Origin: Heterodontus francisci
Taxonomy: Eukaryota
Assembly (NCBI RefSeq): GCF_036365525.1
Contig: NC_090416.1
Span: 16,650,945 to 16,714,944 of the forward strand
Direction: 5' to 3'
DNA: 64,000 nt
This document shows, one piece after another, positions 61,703-64,000 of this stretch (position 1 is the first letter of the stretch; every line of letters starts with the position of its first letter). Below the pieces are notes generated by a model. The model had not been told where the DNA came from. It made no database searches and saw only the letters and a list, made by a program, of their open reading frames with translations. The translations under genes were made by a program, and so were the position numbers.

Positions 61703-64000
61703 TCTCTGTCTATCTGTCCATCTCTCTGTCTATCTAACTGTCTATCTATCTATCTGACTATCTATCTATCGATTTATCTATCTGTCCATATCTATCTATC
61801 TATGTATCTATCTATCTGTCTATCTATCCACCTGTCCATCTCTCTTGCTCTATCTATTTGTCTGTCTGTCCATCTCTATCTATCTGTCTGTCCATCTCTG
61901 TCTGTCTGTCTGTCTGTCTGTCTATCCCTCAGTACTGACCCTTTGACAGTGCGGCACTCCCTCAGTACTGACCCTTTGGGAACTGAATATTCCAGGGTAT
62001 TTGACAGTTTGGAATGACAGGAAGCAAGGAAAAGGAGGTGGTGTAGTTCAGTTAATAAAGGATGAGATCAGTACAGTGGTGAGAAATGATCTTGTATCAG
62101 AAAATCAAGATGTGGAATCAGTTTGGGTGGAGATATGAAATAGCAAAAATTCATACTGGAGCTGCACTGTGGAACAGAGTATAAATCAAGAAATAAGGGG
62201 GGCTTGTAAGGAAAATACTGCAGTAATCCTGGGTGATTTTAATCTTCATATAGATTGGAGTAATCAAACTGGTAAAGTTAGATCGAGGATGAGTTCATGG
62301 AGTGTACTCAGGACAGTTTCTTAGAACAATACATTCTGGAACCAATCCGGGAGCAGGATATTTTAGACCTGGTAATGAGTAAGGAGACGGAATTAATTAA
62401 TGACCTCTCAGTAAAGGAAGAATAGAAAAGTAGAATATTATTTACATGGAGAGAGACTGCAGAATGCTGCAGTACAGAGGGATCTGGGTGTCCTTGTACA
62501 TGGATCACAAAATGTTAACATGCAGGTTCAGCAAGTAATTAGGAAGAGAAATTGAATGTTGGTATTTATTGCAATGGGGATGGAGTATAAAAGTAGGGAC
62601 ATCTTGCTACAACTGTTCCGGGTATTGGTGAGACCGCACCTAGAATACTGCATACAGTTTTGGTCTCCTTATTTAAGGAGGGATATACTTGCATTGGAAG
62701 CAAGGTTCACTTGGCTGATTCCTGGGATGAAGGGATTGTCTTGTGAGGAAAGGTTGAGAAGGTTGGGCCTGTACTCATTGGAGTTTAGAAGAATGAGAGG
62801 TGATCTTATTGAAAAGTGTAACGTTCTGAAGGGGTTTGACGGGGTAGATACTGAGAGGATGTTTCCCCTCGTGGGGGAATCTAGAACTAGGGGGAACAGT
62901 TACAGAATACGGGGTCTCCCATTTAAGACGGAGATGAGGAGGAATTTCTTCTCTGAGGGTCATTAATCTTTGGAATTCTCTTCCCCAGGGAGCAGTGGAG
63001 GCTGGGTCATTGAATATATTCAAGGCTGAGTTGGAGAGTTTTTTGATCTCCAAGGGAGTTGAGGGTTATGGTGGGGGGCAGACAGGAAAGTGGAGATAAG
63101 GTCACAATCAGATCATCCATGATCTTATCGAATGGCAGAACAGGCTCGAGGGGCCGAACGGCCTTCTCCTGTTCTTATTTCTTATGCTTTTATGTTGAAG
63201 ATATCGTACCTGCTGTATTCAATAGCTGTCCAGCTCTTTAAAGCCCAAAGTGGCCGTAACTGTTCCTATCTGTGCAGAGAGCCCTTGGCAGTAATATAAT
63301 ATAATGAAAATGGCCTGGCTGAAACTCCCCGGGTCTGGATATCTCAGTACAGATCGGGGAAGGGGTGGTGGGAGTGCTGGAATCTGGGCCTTCCCAGCAA
63401 GTGTCCTGTAAGGGAACTGAATGACCTCAACGAAGGAACGAGTTCACAGAGGGAGATGAGGCTGATGTGATTGCAGTGTGTGCGAACAAGAGGAGGCCAT
63501 TCAGCCCTTCGAGACTGCTGTACCATTCCATTAGATCATAGCTGGTCTGTACCTTCACCCCATATACCCTGCCTTAGCTCCATAGTCCTAGCTGCCCTTA
63601 CCCAATAAAAATCTATCAACCACAATCTTTGTAACTCCAATTTTTAATGAAGTGCATTTCTATAGCGTCTTTCACAACCTCAGGATGTTCCCAAAGTGCT
63701 TCGCAGCCAATGAAATACCTTGAAAAGCAATGTTGGGAAATGAAGACTGGGATGTAGAGCAGGAGGAGTTCAGTTCAGTTCTCCTGAGGGGCCCAGTCCA
63801 GATAATGGGTTGTTTTGTTATAAATGTGTGACGTGTCCAAGAATGTAACCGTTTAACGGTGTTTCTCGGATTTCCGTCCTGTTTCTGTGTGTTTCAGAGC
63901 AGGGGAACTGGGCCCAGATGCTGCTGCTCTCTGCTGCTTATCAGACAGTGAGCAGGGAGGTTTCGGTTCCTCCCCGGGGCTCCTCTCCCACCCCCTGCAG

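Larger units (their letters stand above)
1..64000. repeat. Tandem segmental duplication, about 4 direct units
   Basis: C-exon stops at 1794, 17364, 33456 and 51343 (periods 15570, 16092, 17887). Nearly all ORFs and repeats recur in the same order. Confidence 0.98.

Overview
Vertebrate (cartilaginous fish) genomic DNA consisting of about four head-to-tail copies of a 15.6-17.9 kb segmental duplication. Each copy carries one complete, unrearranged immunoglobulin light-chain minicluster on the minus strand: octamer/TATA promoter, leader exon, V with 12-RSS, about 382 nt, 23-RSS with J, and a C exon. From recall, the protein and layout match the shark type I/NS5 (sigma-cart) light chain of horn shark; this was not database-checked. 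Each unit also holds a near full-length disabled CR1 LINE, SINEs, a 33-bp minisatellite, (TCTA)n tracts and older LINE/Penelope fragments. Unit-specific insertions are an HE1/V-SINE-like element (units 2 and 3) and a young 5'-truncated RTE LINE (unit 3). The most notable observations are: (i) tandem -1 slippery heptamers (G GGU UUA / U UUA AAC) exactly in the AUG-less CR1 ORF1/ORF2 overlap; (ii) a diverged inverted twin of the IgL promoter about 2.1-2.5 kb upstream of every V, octamer intact, plus a C-like mini-exon candidate on the same + strand; (iii) mosaic ancestry and CDR-focused divergence among the clusters.
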